A DNA stretch of 64,000 bases from a bacterium (lineage in GTDB: Bacteria; Patescibacteriota; Patescibacteriia; Patescibacteriales; UBA12465): the NCBI GenBank assembly GCA_035402825.1, contig DAONDZ010000001.1, forward strand, positions 44,839 through 108,838, read 5' to 3'. The translations under genes were made by a program, and so were the position numbers. A model generated the notes under the pieces. That model was not told the DNA's origin. It worked only from the letters and a program-made list of their open reading frames with translations, and did no database searches. The number at the start of each line of letters is the position of its first letter. Within the stretch, counting starts at the first letter, position 1. This document shows, piece by piece, positions 55,503 to 64,000 of the stretch.

Positions 55503-56538
55503 CAATCTTCTCTTGGGCCACCCCCTTTAAGACTGCCTCACGAATTTGAGCGATAATCTTCGGGTTGTCTTTCAAGAATTGTTTAGCGTTCTCACGGCCA
55601 GTGCCCAATTTAATATCGTTATAGGTATAGGTATTGCCGGATTTTTTAATCGCCCCGTAATTTACACCGCAATCTAAGACATCGCCAGCAGTAGAGATAC
55701 CTTCGTTATACATGATATCAAACTCAGCTACTTTAAACGGAGCAGCCACTTTATTCTTCACGATCTTAGCTCTAACCTGGTTGCCTAATATCTTGTCGCC
55801 TTGCTTGATCTGAGCGGTGCGGCGCACTTCGACGCGCACTGAACAATAAAACTTCAAAGCATTGCCGCCAGTAGTAGTTTCCGGACTGCCGAAGAAAACA
55901 CCAATTTTGTTTCTAATTTGGTTAATGAAGATAACAATGGTCTTGCTTTTGGAAACGATACCGGTCAATTTGCGCAAAGCTTGGCTCATCAATCTAGCCT
56001 GCAAGCCCATGTGCTGATCGCCCATATCACCCTCAATTTCTTTCTGCGGTACCAAAGCAGCCACGCTGTCTACAACGATAACATCCACGGCGTTAGAACG
56101 TACCAAGGTTTCTACAATGTCCAAAGCTTGTTCGCCGGTATCAGGCTGAGAGATTAACATCTCTTTGATATTAACACCTATTTTCTGGGCATAATCAGGG
56201 TCTAAAGCATGTTCAGCGTCTACAAAAGCGGCGATACCGCCCAACTTTTGAACTTCAGCCACAATGTGCTGGGCTAAGGTAGTTTTGCCGGATGATTCCG
56301 GACCAAAAATCTCAATAATTCGGCCTCGCGGTACACCGCCGATGCCGAAAGCGATATCTAAAGATAAGCAGCCGGTGGAGACAGCGTCAACATCAGTTTT
56401 GCGGACATCGCCAAATTTCATGATGGCTCCCTCGCCGAACTTGTCCTTAATCTGATTAATAGCGGTTAAAGCCGCTTCATCGCGGCCGGAATGATCGGCT
56501 TTCTTCTCAGCTTCGCTCTTAGGTTTTTCTTTGCTCAT
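55489..56538 (-). CDS. recA: recombinase RecA
   Basis: [48 protein letters not shown]. Confidence 0.97.
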   Translation of the reverse strand: MSKEKPKSEAEKKADHSGRDEAALTAINQIKDKFGEGAIMKFGDVRKTDVDAVSTGCLSLDIAFGIGGVPRGRIIEIFGPESSGKTTLAQHIVAEVQKLGGIAAFVDAEHALDPDYAQKIGVNIKEMLISQPDTGEQALDIVETLVRSNAVDVIVVDSVAALVPQKEIEGDMGDQHMGLQARLMSQALRKLTGIVSKSKTIVIFINQIRNKIGVFFGSPETTTGGNALKFYCSVRVEVRRTAQIKQGDKILGNQVRAKIVKNKVAAPFKVAEFDIMYNEGISTAGDVLDCGVNYGAIKKSGNTYTYNDIKLGTGRENAKQFLKDNPKIIAQIREAVLKGVAQEKIDDAK

Positions 56539-56662
56539 ACACGTATCGCCCGCAGCTTTGAAGTGACCTCCAAAAGGTTTAAGGCAGAATTAAATATTAA
56601 TAAGGTAATGGTATCACAACCGGCCTGAAGCAATCATCAAAAATAAATAAAATTAGAATAAA

Positions 56663-59347
56663 CTACTGGGCGCAATTGCCATCTTCATCCAAAATCGCTC
56701 CCGGAGTACCATTGCAGCAAGATGGGTTAATTTGGGTAGCCAGACAAGTAGCGCTGGCGCTAGGCTTGAAACAATTCTGATAAATATCACGGACCGCGCT
56801 GCCGGCCTGGGAATTATAATCCACTGCTTCGGCCAGCATCACATGGTTCAGCCTGACTTTAGTATAATCCATTTCTCCGTCCTGAGGTGAATTATCAATA
56901 TTGTCGCCGGTAATCCAATAGCCTGGAGCCGGACCGGTCTTGGTGAAAAGATTGAAGAAATGATGATCAACAGTACTGGTGCCAATCTTAATAGTTTCGG
57001 AACCGCTGCGCAACGAGCTATTCATGAGCAAGGAATTAAAATCAACTACCACCGGATCAACTAAGTTATTGCTATTGCCATTAACCGCCGGGGTGATATC
57101 AGTGATTTTAGGCGGGTCAGTCGCTACTTGGTTGTTAATATAGAATGACCAGCGATAGTTATCCTTATAAGCCGCATTGCCGGCATTTTCATCATAGAAA
57201 TATCGCAGACCGCCCACTACTATCGGACCATCGGCATAAGTATCGCGGTTACCATCCAGGGAATTCATAGCTGCGTCCATAATACCAGAGGTGGTCGGGC
57301 TGGCAGCGATAGAATAATTGTGTCCGTTATTATCTTGGCAAGTCTTATGACCCAAGGAAGCATTATTAGCACAAGTGCTATAAGGAGCGACACAATCGGT
57401 ATCAGTACTACAAGTCTTTAAATCGGCCGCCATGATTTCAACCTTAATCTGAGAGCTGGCCGGCAAGCAATATATTTTTTCTCCGCAACCGTTCATGCCG
57501 CATTCTCGATTAGACTTGAACTCTACAGTTTTATAGCCATTAGCGATACTGAATTTTCCATCCAAATAATCACCAACACATTTATTGCTTTCACACTTAA
57601 ATGACAAACAAGCATTGTCGCTATTGCAAGTGGCGCCATTAGCCAAAGAACCGGCGCGAGCATTAACCACCCGCAAGCCATCTTTCAGCTGATCAGCGGT
57701 TCCAGAAACGGCAATGGGATTAAGGGCTTCGTTGAAATTAATTTGAATGACTGAGTTCATCGGTTTATCCGGTTTGTCGTTGACAGTAAAAGTAACTTGC
57801 TGATTAGCGCCGCCGGATAAAGGAATTACCTCAAAAGTTTGGTTGTTGTTAGTTAAAACCTCAATGCTATTGCCAGATTCTCCAGCCGCTTTAGCTCGCA
57901 AATTGACTCGAGTTGGAGACGCATCGGTAATAGTCGGCTCAACGTCGTTTCGACCGCTTAAGATGTCCTGAATTCGACTCGCTTGTTGTGGCAAACCACT
58001 AATACTTTGAATATTAACACTAGATGAGGCATTCACAAAAGTATAAACATCGCCGGAAATAGTAATTGTATCAGCGGTCTTTTCTGGAGAAACCGTGACA
58101 GTCCAAGAATTCCCCGGATCCCGGTCGTCCTCGCTGGCTAGTGTCAAAGAGAAATAGCCGGCGAAATTAACCGTCTTGCCGGAAAAATCGGCCAGACCTA
58201 AAGAACTACCTCCGGAGTATAATTGAGCTCTGGTGGCGCCTCCCTGGCCCACTAGAGTGACGGTAAAAATGGTATTCTGGCCTTGATAGCCGGCATCGGC
58301 TACGGCCGTGGCGTTCTGGTAACTGCCGCCGCCATTCTTGGCCACGGAAACGATACTGGCCGGAGCATAAACTTGCGGCTGTTGCTTTACTCGAATTGAT
58401 CCGGAAGCAAAAGCCCAATTGCTGCTAGTGGCCGCTTGGTCGCGATTATTATCCGGAGCCGGAAAGATGCCGCCGCTTCTCACTTGAGGCGGAGTTAAAT
58501 CTAATAAGCTATTAACCTCAAACTGCCAGCGGAAATAATCAGTAGAGCAGGTATCAAATAATTGTCGGCCATCAGCCTTTCTTAAATCGTTAGTTAAAGA
58601 AACAGTATACCAAGTATTAGCGGAAGCTGAGCCTAAAGGCGTAGTCGGGACAAAAACCAAAGTCATATCATTAGGAGTCATCACTTTCAAATCCGTAACG
58701 CTATTTTCAGCTCCGGCATCGGTAGGATAAACTTTTATTCTTTCCGAATTAGGTTTATTACAGGTATTAGTATTGCAAATACACTCGCCGCCGTTATCAT
58801 CAACGCAGACCGAACTCAAGTCTAATGATTCTTTAAAGGTAACGATAATTGAAGTATTGCGAGCTACATCTTTCTGATCAATTTCCGGATAAACACTATC
58901 TATCACGCAAGAACCAATAGCGCCAAATCCTAAAGCACCACCATTCTTGCCGCCATTATTTAATTCATTACCGGTTCCACCGGTAGTACCCAGAAGACGA
59001 CTGAAAATAAAAGTAACTATCCCCCAAGCTGATAAAATTATCGCTAAGCCGATTAAAGCATTGCGTAAAGTCTTTTTGGCTATCGCTATCTGCTCTTCAT
59101 TGCCGCCCGAAGTCATCCATTTAAAGCCGGCAAACAAAATAAGACCTACGGCAATCGTCCCCAAAAATATCATGAAGATATTAATGATCCGAGCCGCTAT
59201 CCGCAAAGGGCTTTCGGAGCCCAATTGGATGGCGCTATTAATTTCATTAGTGCCGACATCGACTGCTGCTCCGGCTTGAATTGCCGAAATTGCTAAAAGC
59301 AAGGCCACGCCCCCGATGATGTAGAAAAGACGTGATTTTTTTATCAT
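56663..59347 (-). CDS. large surface protein: TrbC/VirB2-like pilin-type N-terminal membrane module fused to about 770 aa of Cys-rich/Ig-like extracellular region
   Basis: N-terminus ...IFMIFLGTIAVGLILFAGFKWMTSGGNEEQIAIAKKTLRNALIGLAIILSAWGIVTFIF matches the GFxWMTAxGNEExxxKAKxxLxxAxIGLxIIL pattern of small pilin-like proteins common in Patescibacteria. SbsA-Ig-like segments follow (NTSIIVTFKESLDLSSV, SVIQINFNEALNPIAV). Confidence 0.7.
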   Translation of the reverse strand: MIKKSRLFYIIGGVALLLAISAIQAGAAVDVGTNEINSAIQLGSESPLRIAARIINIFMIFLGTIAVGLILFAGFKWMTSGGNEEQIAIAKKTLRNALIGLAIILSAWGIVTFIFSRLLGTTGGTGNELNNGGKNGGALGFGAIGSCVIDSVYPEIDQKDVARNTSIIVTFKESLDLSSVCVDDNGGECICNTNTCNKPNSERIKVYPTDAGAENSVTDLKVMTPNDMTLVFVPTTPLGSASANTWYTVSLTNDLRKADGRQLFDTCSTDYFRWQFEVNSLLDLTPPQVRSGGIFPAPDNNRDQAATSSNWAFASGSIRVKQQPQVYAPASIVSVAKNGGGSYQNATAVADAGYQGQNTIFTVTLVGQGGATRAQLYSGGSSLGLADFSGKTVNFAGYFSLTLASEDDRDPGNSWTVTVSPEKTADTITISGDVYTFVNASSSVNIQSISGLPQQASRIQDILSGRNDVEPTITDASPTRVNLRAKAAGESGNSIEVLTNNNQTFEVIPLSGGANQQVTFTVNDKPDKPMNSVIQINFNEALNPIAVSGTADQLKDGLRVVNARAGSLANGATCNSDNACLSFKCESNKCVGDYLDGKFSIANGYKTVEFKSNRECGMNGCGEKIYCLPASSQIKVEIMAADLKTCSTDTDCVAPYSTCANNASLGHKTCQDNNGHNYSIAASPTTSGIMDAAMNSLDGNRDTYADGPIVVGGLRYFYDENAGNAAYKDNYRWSFYINNQVATDPPKITDITPAVNGNSNNLVDPVVVDFNSLLMNSSLRSGSETIKIGTSTVDHHFFNLFTKTGPAPGYWITGDNIDNSPQDGEMDYTKVRLNHVMLAEAVDYNSQAGSAVRDIYQNCFKPSASATCLATQINPSCCNGTPGAILDEDGNCAQ

Positions 59348-59458
59348 TTTATTGGTAGTTAATTATATATTGTCTATCAATATTATAGCATAAACTATAA
59401 TAACCAAAAAGAGGCTTGGTCGCCTCTTAATTTCGCTAATTTGGGATAAAATGTCGCT

Positions 59459-60715
59459 TTAAAATAAACCTATTTGTTTGGCTTTGGGCCCGACCTCGGC
59501 TTCAGAAAAAATATTAATTCTACCATATTCCCCATCAAATCCAGGATTGATAATTAATTTCCCGGCTCGGACCCTTTCCACCCCCAAAGCAATCAATTCG
59601 CCCGCTGCTTCTTTAAACTTTTTCAAATCAAGATAAAGCAAAATATTTATCTCGCTGCCGAAGATACCTATCAAACGATCATATTCCCGTCGGACTTTTT
59701 GTGAGCTTCGGCTTTTGATATTAAAAGATTCGGCGATTATCTTATCCAGCCCGACTAAACGTTGGAAAGCGCGTGGTTTCTTTTTGGTGCCAATTTCCCT
59801 GTCAGCTAGTTCTTCCAGGCGGTAAGCCACACCCACAGTCAAAGGGCGGCGACATTTAGGACAAATCCCTTTGAGTTTTTTAGTTTCGGCTGGAGCACAG
59901 CTAAAGCCGCAGGCGCGATGTCCGTCAAAATGGTACATACCCTCTTCCGGATAAAACTCAATAGTGGAAACAATCCGTTCTGGCTCATTCTTTAAAATCT
60001 GATAAAGATCAGCGTAAGATTCTTCTTTCATTTCTAAAACGTTGGCCTCGCGGCCGATATTCATCGGGCTGTGGGCGTCGGAGTTAGAAAGACAGGCCAG
60101 ATTATCCAAAGCCGAAACCCGATCATTCATTTCCGGGTCGCTGGAGAGTCCGGTTTCAAAAGCAAAAATATTTTCAGTCTGTTCATGAAAACACTCTTCC
60201 AAAAAATCAAATCCCGACTTGGAACCAAAAACTGAAAACCAAGGAGTCCAAATATGGGCGGGATAAACAATAAACTTAGGGTCAATCTGCAAACAAAGAG
60301 CCACTAGTTTCGGGGCGGTAGTCCCTAGTATCGGCCGACCATCAGACTTCAAATTAAAGCTTAGTCCTAACTGGCGATTTAATTCCGTAGCGGCGGCGAT
60401 ATTAGGAGCATGAATTACCAAATGAATTCTCCGCGCCCGGCCGCCATCTTTATAAATTAAAGCTACTTCGGTGGATAATAAAAATTTTATTCTCTCATAT
60501 TTTCCCGAACGCAATTTATACAATCCCGCCCCTGGTCTTGTCTCCACTAATTCTTTGGTAATAAACGAAAACCACTGGGGATGAGTAAAATCACCAGTGG
60601 CCACGATATCAATTCCTTTAATTTGAGAATACTTAGCAATATTTTCCAAGGTCAAATCCTTAGAGCAAGCCCGGGAATAACGAGAATGAATATGTCCGTC
60701 AAAAACCTGACGCAT
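59459..60715 (-). CDS. endonuclease Q-like PHP-domain protein
   Basis: DGHIHSRYSRACSKDLTLENI...GIDIVATGDFTHPQWF, PAHIWTPW, SNSDAHSP, CPKCRRPLTVGV and a C-terminal GGxGEYG-like tail. Collinear with my recollection of archaeal EndoQ. Confidence 0.7.
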   Translation of the reverse strand: MRQVFDGHIHSRYSRACSKDLTLENIAKYSQIKGIDIVATGDFTHPQWFSFITKELVETRPGAGLYKLRSGKYERIKFLLSTEVALIYKDGGRARRIHLVIHAPNIAAATELNRQLGLSFNLKSDGRPILGTTAPKLVALCLQIDPKFIVYPAHIWTPWFSVFGSKSGFDFLEECFHEQTENIFAFETGLSSDPEMNDRVSALDNLACLSNSDAHSPMNIGREANVLEMKEESYADLYQILKNEPERIVSTIEFYPEEGMYHFDGHRACGFSCAPAETKKLKGICPKCRRPLTVGVAYRLEELADREIGTKKKPRAFQRLVGLDKIIAESFNIKSRSSQKVRREYDRLIGIFGSEINILLYLDLKKFKEAAGELIALGVERVRAGKLIINPGFDGEYGRINIFSEAEVGPKAKQIGLF

Positions 60716-60716
60716 A

Positions 60717-61754
60717 CTAGAGAGTAGCTAATTGCTCTAATTGTCCCTCAGCCGTCTCTTGATCAATCAAATTTTGTTCATAGAGTTCGCGAATGTGGCG
60801 GCTCATGGTAATCATGCCTTCGCTATAACCGGTTTCAATGACATTCTTAATCTGCTGGATCTTTTGCTCCCGAATTAAGTTGGCAATAGCCGCGTTGCGG
60901 ATCATAATTTCTCTGGCCACAATTCGGCCGCCGCCCACTTTAGGCAATAACTTCTGAGAAATAACCGCTGATAACACGGTAGTCAACTGAGAACGAATTT
61001 GAGCCTGTTGATAAGGAGGGAAAACATCAATAATTCTATCAATAGTCTGAGCGGCATTAAAAGTATGCAAAGTGGCTAACACCAAATGTCCGGTTTCAGC
61101 TAAAGTAATGGCCGCGGCAATAGTTTCCAAGTCGCGCAACTCACCGACCATAATTACATTCGGGTCTTGGCGCACCACATGCTTCAAGCCGGCCGAAAAA
61201 GAAGTCAAATCAAAACCGAGCTGGCGCTGAGTGATAATACTTTTGTTGGAGGTAAATAGATATTCAATCGGGTCCTCAAAGGTAATGATATTATGAGCGA
61301 AATTATCATTCAAATAATTAATCATAGCCGCCAAGGTAGTTGATTTTCCGGACCCGGTCGGACCGGTAACCAATATCAATCCTTGTTGATGGCCCAATAG
61401 TTTGTAAATCACTTTAGGGATACCGATTTCATCTAAAGACGGCGGCTGCTGTCTCACTACGCGGGCCACCATGCGATAATGGTCTCTTTCAAAAGAAAAA
61501 TTAACGCGGAACCGCGTGTTGTTTACCGAATAACCCAAGTCTAAATCTTTTTCCTGATCCAATCTGGTTCTTTGATCGGCATTTAACATGGTCTTTACCA
61601 CATTCATCAGAGCCTCATCATTAATCACCTCAAAATTATCTAAACTGATTAATTTTCCGTCTACCCTAATTAATGGTTTCAGATTACAAACCACATGTAA
61701 ATCTGAAGCCCAGCGATCCGCGGCTACTTGTAATAAATCATTGATATTTACCAT
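60717..61754 (-). CDS. pilT: type IV pilus retraction ATPase PilT
   Basis: 345 aa. ASDLHV, VTGPTGSGKSTTLAAMINYLN, IMVGELRDLETI, TGHLVLATLHT. Confidence 0.9.
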   Translation of the reverse strand: MVNINDLLQVAADRWASDLHVVCNLKPLIRVDGKLISLDNFEVINDEALMNVVKTMLNADQRTRLDQEKDLDLGYSVNNTRFRVNFSFERDHYRMVARVVRQQPPSLDEIGIPKVIYKLLGHQQGLILVTGPTGSGKSTTLAAMINYLNDNFAHNIITFEDPIEYLFTSNKSIITQRQLGFDLTSFSAGLKHVVRQDPNVIMVGELRDLETIAAAITLAETGHLVLATLHTFNAAQTIDRIIDVFPPYQQAQIRSQLTTVLSAVISQKLLPKVGGGRIVAREIMIRNAAIANLIREQKIQQIKNVIETGYSEGMITMSRHIRELYEQNLIDQETAEGQLEQLATL

Positions 61755-61758
61755 ATAT

Positions 61759-62448
61759 TTACCAGCCCTTATTTTGAAGGCCTAATTCGGCCGCCTTAAC
61801 TTGAGCTTCTTGTTTAGATAGTCCGACTCCGGTAGCTACTAGTTCTTCGTTCAAATAAAGGCCGACGGTGAAAACCTTTTCATGATCCGGGCCTTCTTCG
61901 CTTAAAGTTTTGTAAATCGGAGTAACCCCCTCTTTCTCTTGAGCTAACTCTTGAAATTTAGATTTAGGATCTAAATAAAGTTCGTTGCTCAATATATATT
62001 CCAATTTCGGAATCAAGTGAGCGATAACAAAACGACGCGATATTTCCAATCCCTGATCCAAATACATGGCGCCGATAATCGCTTCCATGGCATTGGCCAA
62101 GATATATTGGCGAGCCTTGGTATTTTTATCTTTAGCTTCGCCCTTGGATAAGCGGAGATTATCCTCCACCCCCAATTCAGCGGCAACCTGATAAAGCATT
62201 TTGGCATTCACTAAACTGGCGCGCCAGTTAGTTAAATCGCCTTCCGGGGTATCGGGATAAGCATTATATAAAAATTCAGTAATCACAATTTCCAAAACAG
62301 CATCGCCCAAAAATTCCAAGCGCTCATTATGGCCGCCGGTAAAATCAGGATGTTCATTCAAATAGGAACGATGCGTTAAAGCTTGTTCCAATAGTTTGGA
62401 ATTCTTGAAGTTAACTCCTAAATTTTTTTCTAAATCAGTCGTTTTCAT
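61759..62448 (-). CDS. rnc: ribonuclease III
   Basis: NERLEFLGDAVLE signature plus a C-terminal dsRBD. Confidence 0.92.
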   Translation of the reverse strand: MKTTDLEKNLGVNFKNSKLLEQALTHRSYLNEHPDFTGGHNERLEFLGDAVLEIVITEFLYNAYPDTPEGDLTNWRASLVNAKMLYQVAAELGVEDNLRLSKGEAKDKNTKARQYILANAMEAIIGAMYLDQGLEISRRFVIAHLIPKLEYILSNELYLDPKSKFQELAQEKEGVTPIYKTLSEEGPDHEKVFTVGLYLNEELVATGVGLSKQEAQVKAAELGLQNKGW

Positions 62449-62452
62449 GAAA

Positions 62453-62962
62453 TTAGCTGGCGACAGCCGGAGTCTCGGTTTCGGTCTTAGCCTCCCCAGA
62501 ATCGCCCTTCAATTTAAAAGTGATAGCTTCGCGCTTCTCTTTCTCCGCTTCTGGCAGATTATTATAGATAGCGCCTAAAACACCGTTGATAAACTTACCC
62601 GATGATTCACCTCCGAAAGCCTTAGCAATTTCAATAGCTTCATTAATAGCCACCCGGGGCGGAATATTCTCGGAATAAAGTAATTCATAGATACCAATTC
62701 TAAGCACATTGCGGTCAACCGGAGTAATCTGCTCCAAAGGCCACTCGGTAGCGTACTTGCGAATATAATTATCAATCTCGTCCACTTTTTCCAAAACAGA
62801 ATGAACGGTGTCTTTAACAAAACCGCCGTCATCAAAATTAGGTGCAAAGTTTTTAAAATTTTCGGCAATGATATAATCTAAATTATCAACTTTGCGGTCA
62901 TTAAAATCCCAGGCGAACAAAGTTTGCATGGCGAGGGTTCGAGCTAAATGACGGTTAGACAT
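62453..62962 (-). CDS. nusB: transcription antitermination factor NusB (with acidic C-terminal extension)
   Basis: [41 protein letters not shown]. Confidence 0.85.
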   Translation of the reverse strand: MSNRHLARTLAMQTLFAWDFNDRKVDNLDYIIAENFKNFAPNFDDGGFVKDTVHSVLEKVDEIDNYIRKYATEWPLEQITPVDRNVLRIGIYELLYSENIPPRVAINEAIEIAKAFGGESSGKFINGVLGAIYNNLPEAEKEKREAITFKLKGDSGEAKTETETPAVAS

Positions 62963-62978
62963 AATTAATTATAATTAA

Positions 62979-63200
62979 TTATTTCTTAGTAGAAGTTTTC
63001 TTGGCGGCTTTCTTGGTCGCAGTCTTTTTGACCTTCAAAACTACTCGGCCCTTATATTCACCGCAGAATCCGCAAGCGGCATGAGGTTTAACTGCCTGAG
63101 CGCATTTCGGACATTTGTTTAAAACAGTTTTCTTGAGCGCTAAATGAGCGCGATTCTTACCAACGGCACTCTTAGTCCGTCTTTTCTTAGGATTAGCCAT
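62979..63200 (-). CDS. rpmF: 50S ribosomal protein L32 (Lys-rich tail)
   Basis: MANPKKRRTKSAVGKNRAH...CPKC...CGFCG. Confidence 0.9.
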   Translation of the reverse strand: MANPKKRRTKSAVGKNRAHLALKKTVLNKCPKCAQAVKPHAACGFCGEYKGRVVLKVKKTATKKAAKKTSTKK

Positions 63201-63218
63201 AAAATTAATTTTAAATTA

Positions 63219-63668
63219 TTAATGCTTGATAAATTTTACAAATTTTTGAGTATCCTGATCCAATTCAATAAATCCTTTCACGTCCTTCCCTTTCTCGTCT
63301 TGAAAATGGACAAACACAGTCGGGTTAGGTCGGGCTGGATTTTCGCTGTCATAGACACTGCCGATATAAAATACCTGTTCTGGCGTTAAACTATATTGCT
63401 TAGCCAATTCTTCTCGAGCTGCTTGGCGCAGACCGTCATGGTCTGGGGCAGTCTTTTCTAAGAAGGCGTTAACTTCTTGGGCGTGAATCTTTTCTGACTG
63501 GCGATGGCGACGTACTGGTTTTGGCTTTTCCGCCTCTACCCGTCCCATTTTAATCAATTTCTGTTCCTGAGAAGGCAAAACCTTAGCTCCGGTCAGGGAC
63601 TCTAACTGTCGGTTTTGAGGCCTGGAAGCGGAAGATACCGGCCATTTTTCACCTGCAAAAGCATTCAT
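63219..63668 (-). CDS. hypothetical protein
   Basis: 149 aa upstream of rpmF. Not obviously DUF177-like. Confidence 0.45.
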   Translation of the reverse strand: MNAFAGEKWPVSSASRPQNRQLESLTGAKVLPSQEQKLIKMGRVEAEKPKPVRRHRQSEKIHAQEVNAFLEKTAPDHDGLRQAAREELAKQYSLTPEQVFYIGSVYDSENPARPNPTVFVHFQDEKGKDVKGFIELDQDTQKFVKFIKH

Positions 63669-63717
63669 AGCTATTAAAAGTATAACGCAAATCGTTAAAT
63701 AGTCAAGCTAAAATAGC

Positions 63718-64000
63718 CTATTTTTTCGGCTTCGGACCGACGATAGCTTCAAAATCAGCCTTCTCTAAAGTTTCTTTTTCTAGCAAGGCCTGGACAACTT
63801 TGTCAATCTCTGGCTGGCGGTCATGAATAATCTCTCGAGCTTTGACTGTGGCCTGTTTAATTAAATCAGAAATTTCTAAATCAATTTGTTCGGCTACTTT
63901 TTCGCTATAGTCTCTCTGCTCATGAATTTCTCGTCCCAAGAAAATCATTTCTTCTTTTTCGCCATAAGTCCGCGGACCTAAAACTTCACTCATGCCATAA
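63718..64000 (-). CDS. ftsH: ATP-dependent zinc metalloprotease FtsH, C-terminal end (gene runs off right edge)
   Basis: ...GPRTYGEKEEMIFLGREIHEQRDYSEKVAEQIDLEI...LLEKETLEKADFEAIVG is typical of the FtsH C-terminal helical region. Confidence 0.8.
   Translation of the reverse strand, partial: YGMSEVLGPRTYGEKEEMIFLGREIHEQRDYSEKVAEQIDLEISDLIKQATVKAREIIHDRQPEIDKVVQALLEKETLEKADFEAIVGPKPKK

Overview
This 64-kb window is a gene-dense, AT-leaning bacterial chromosome segment. By inference it comes from a streamlined Candidate Phyla Radiation / Patescibacteria-type organism. The supporting observations are a short 16S rRNA gene (about 1.48 kb) that is unlinked from any 23S/5S and has non-canonical universal-primer sites, pilin N-termini fused to FISUMP and LamG domains, a TrbC/VirB2-like pilin module, and many orphan secreted or membrane proteins.

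Recognisable housekeeping genes:
- DNA repair, replication and RNA processing: UvrD-like helicase (partial), radC, rmuC, gyrA, a short uvrA, recA, endonuclease Q-like, rny, rnc, nusB.
- Translation and other core functions: tsaD, ychF, tyrS, argS, glyQS, rpmF, ndk, hup, hsp20, mscL, ftsH (partial).
- RNA genes: one 16S rRNA and eight tRNAs (Ala, Pro, Cys, Glu, Val, Arg, Met, Lys).

Type IV pilus parts are scattered through the window: a tandem-duplicated PilB ATPase, PilT, two divergent pilin-like genes and a ComEC lactamase-domain protein.

Most interesting structure: a hand-verified perfect 234-bp inverted repeat (9042-9275 / 9947-10180). It covers the promoter-like region, leader and N-terminal helix of two divergently oriented pilin genes whose C-terminal domains are unrelated. 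The arms flank a 671-bp core that contains only a start-less 117-codon open frame. Neither pilin has an in-frame canonical start upstream of the prepilin motif, and the only ATG is one T away from being in frame.

Other items worth follow-up:
- Two candidate small RNAs, each with a consensus promoter and a terminator.
- An AT-rich islet next to tRNA-Glu.
- A family of orphan genes, each with its own near-consensus TTGACA-17-TAnnnT promoter.
- A paralog cluster of small secreted proteins next to a tRNA cluster.
- A tRNA whose first base is the last base of the hup stop codon.

I saw no CRISPR array, transposase, integrase or reverse transcriptase. All protein-family calls rest on motif recognition by eye from the supplied translations and need HMM or BLAST confirmation.
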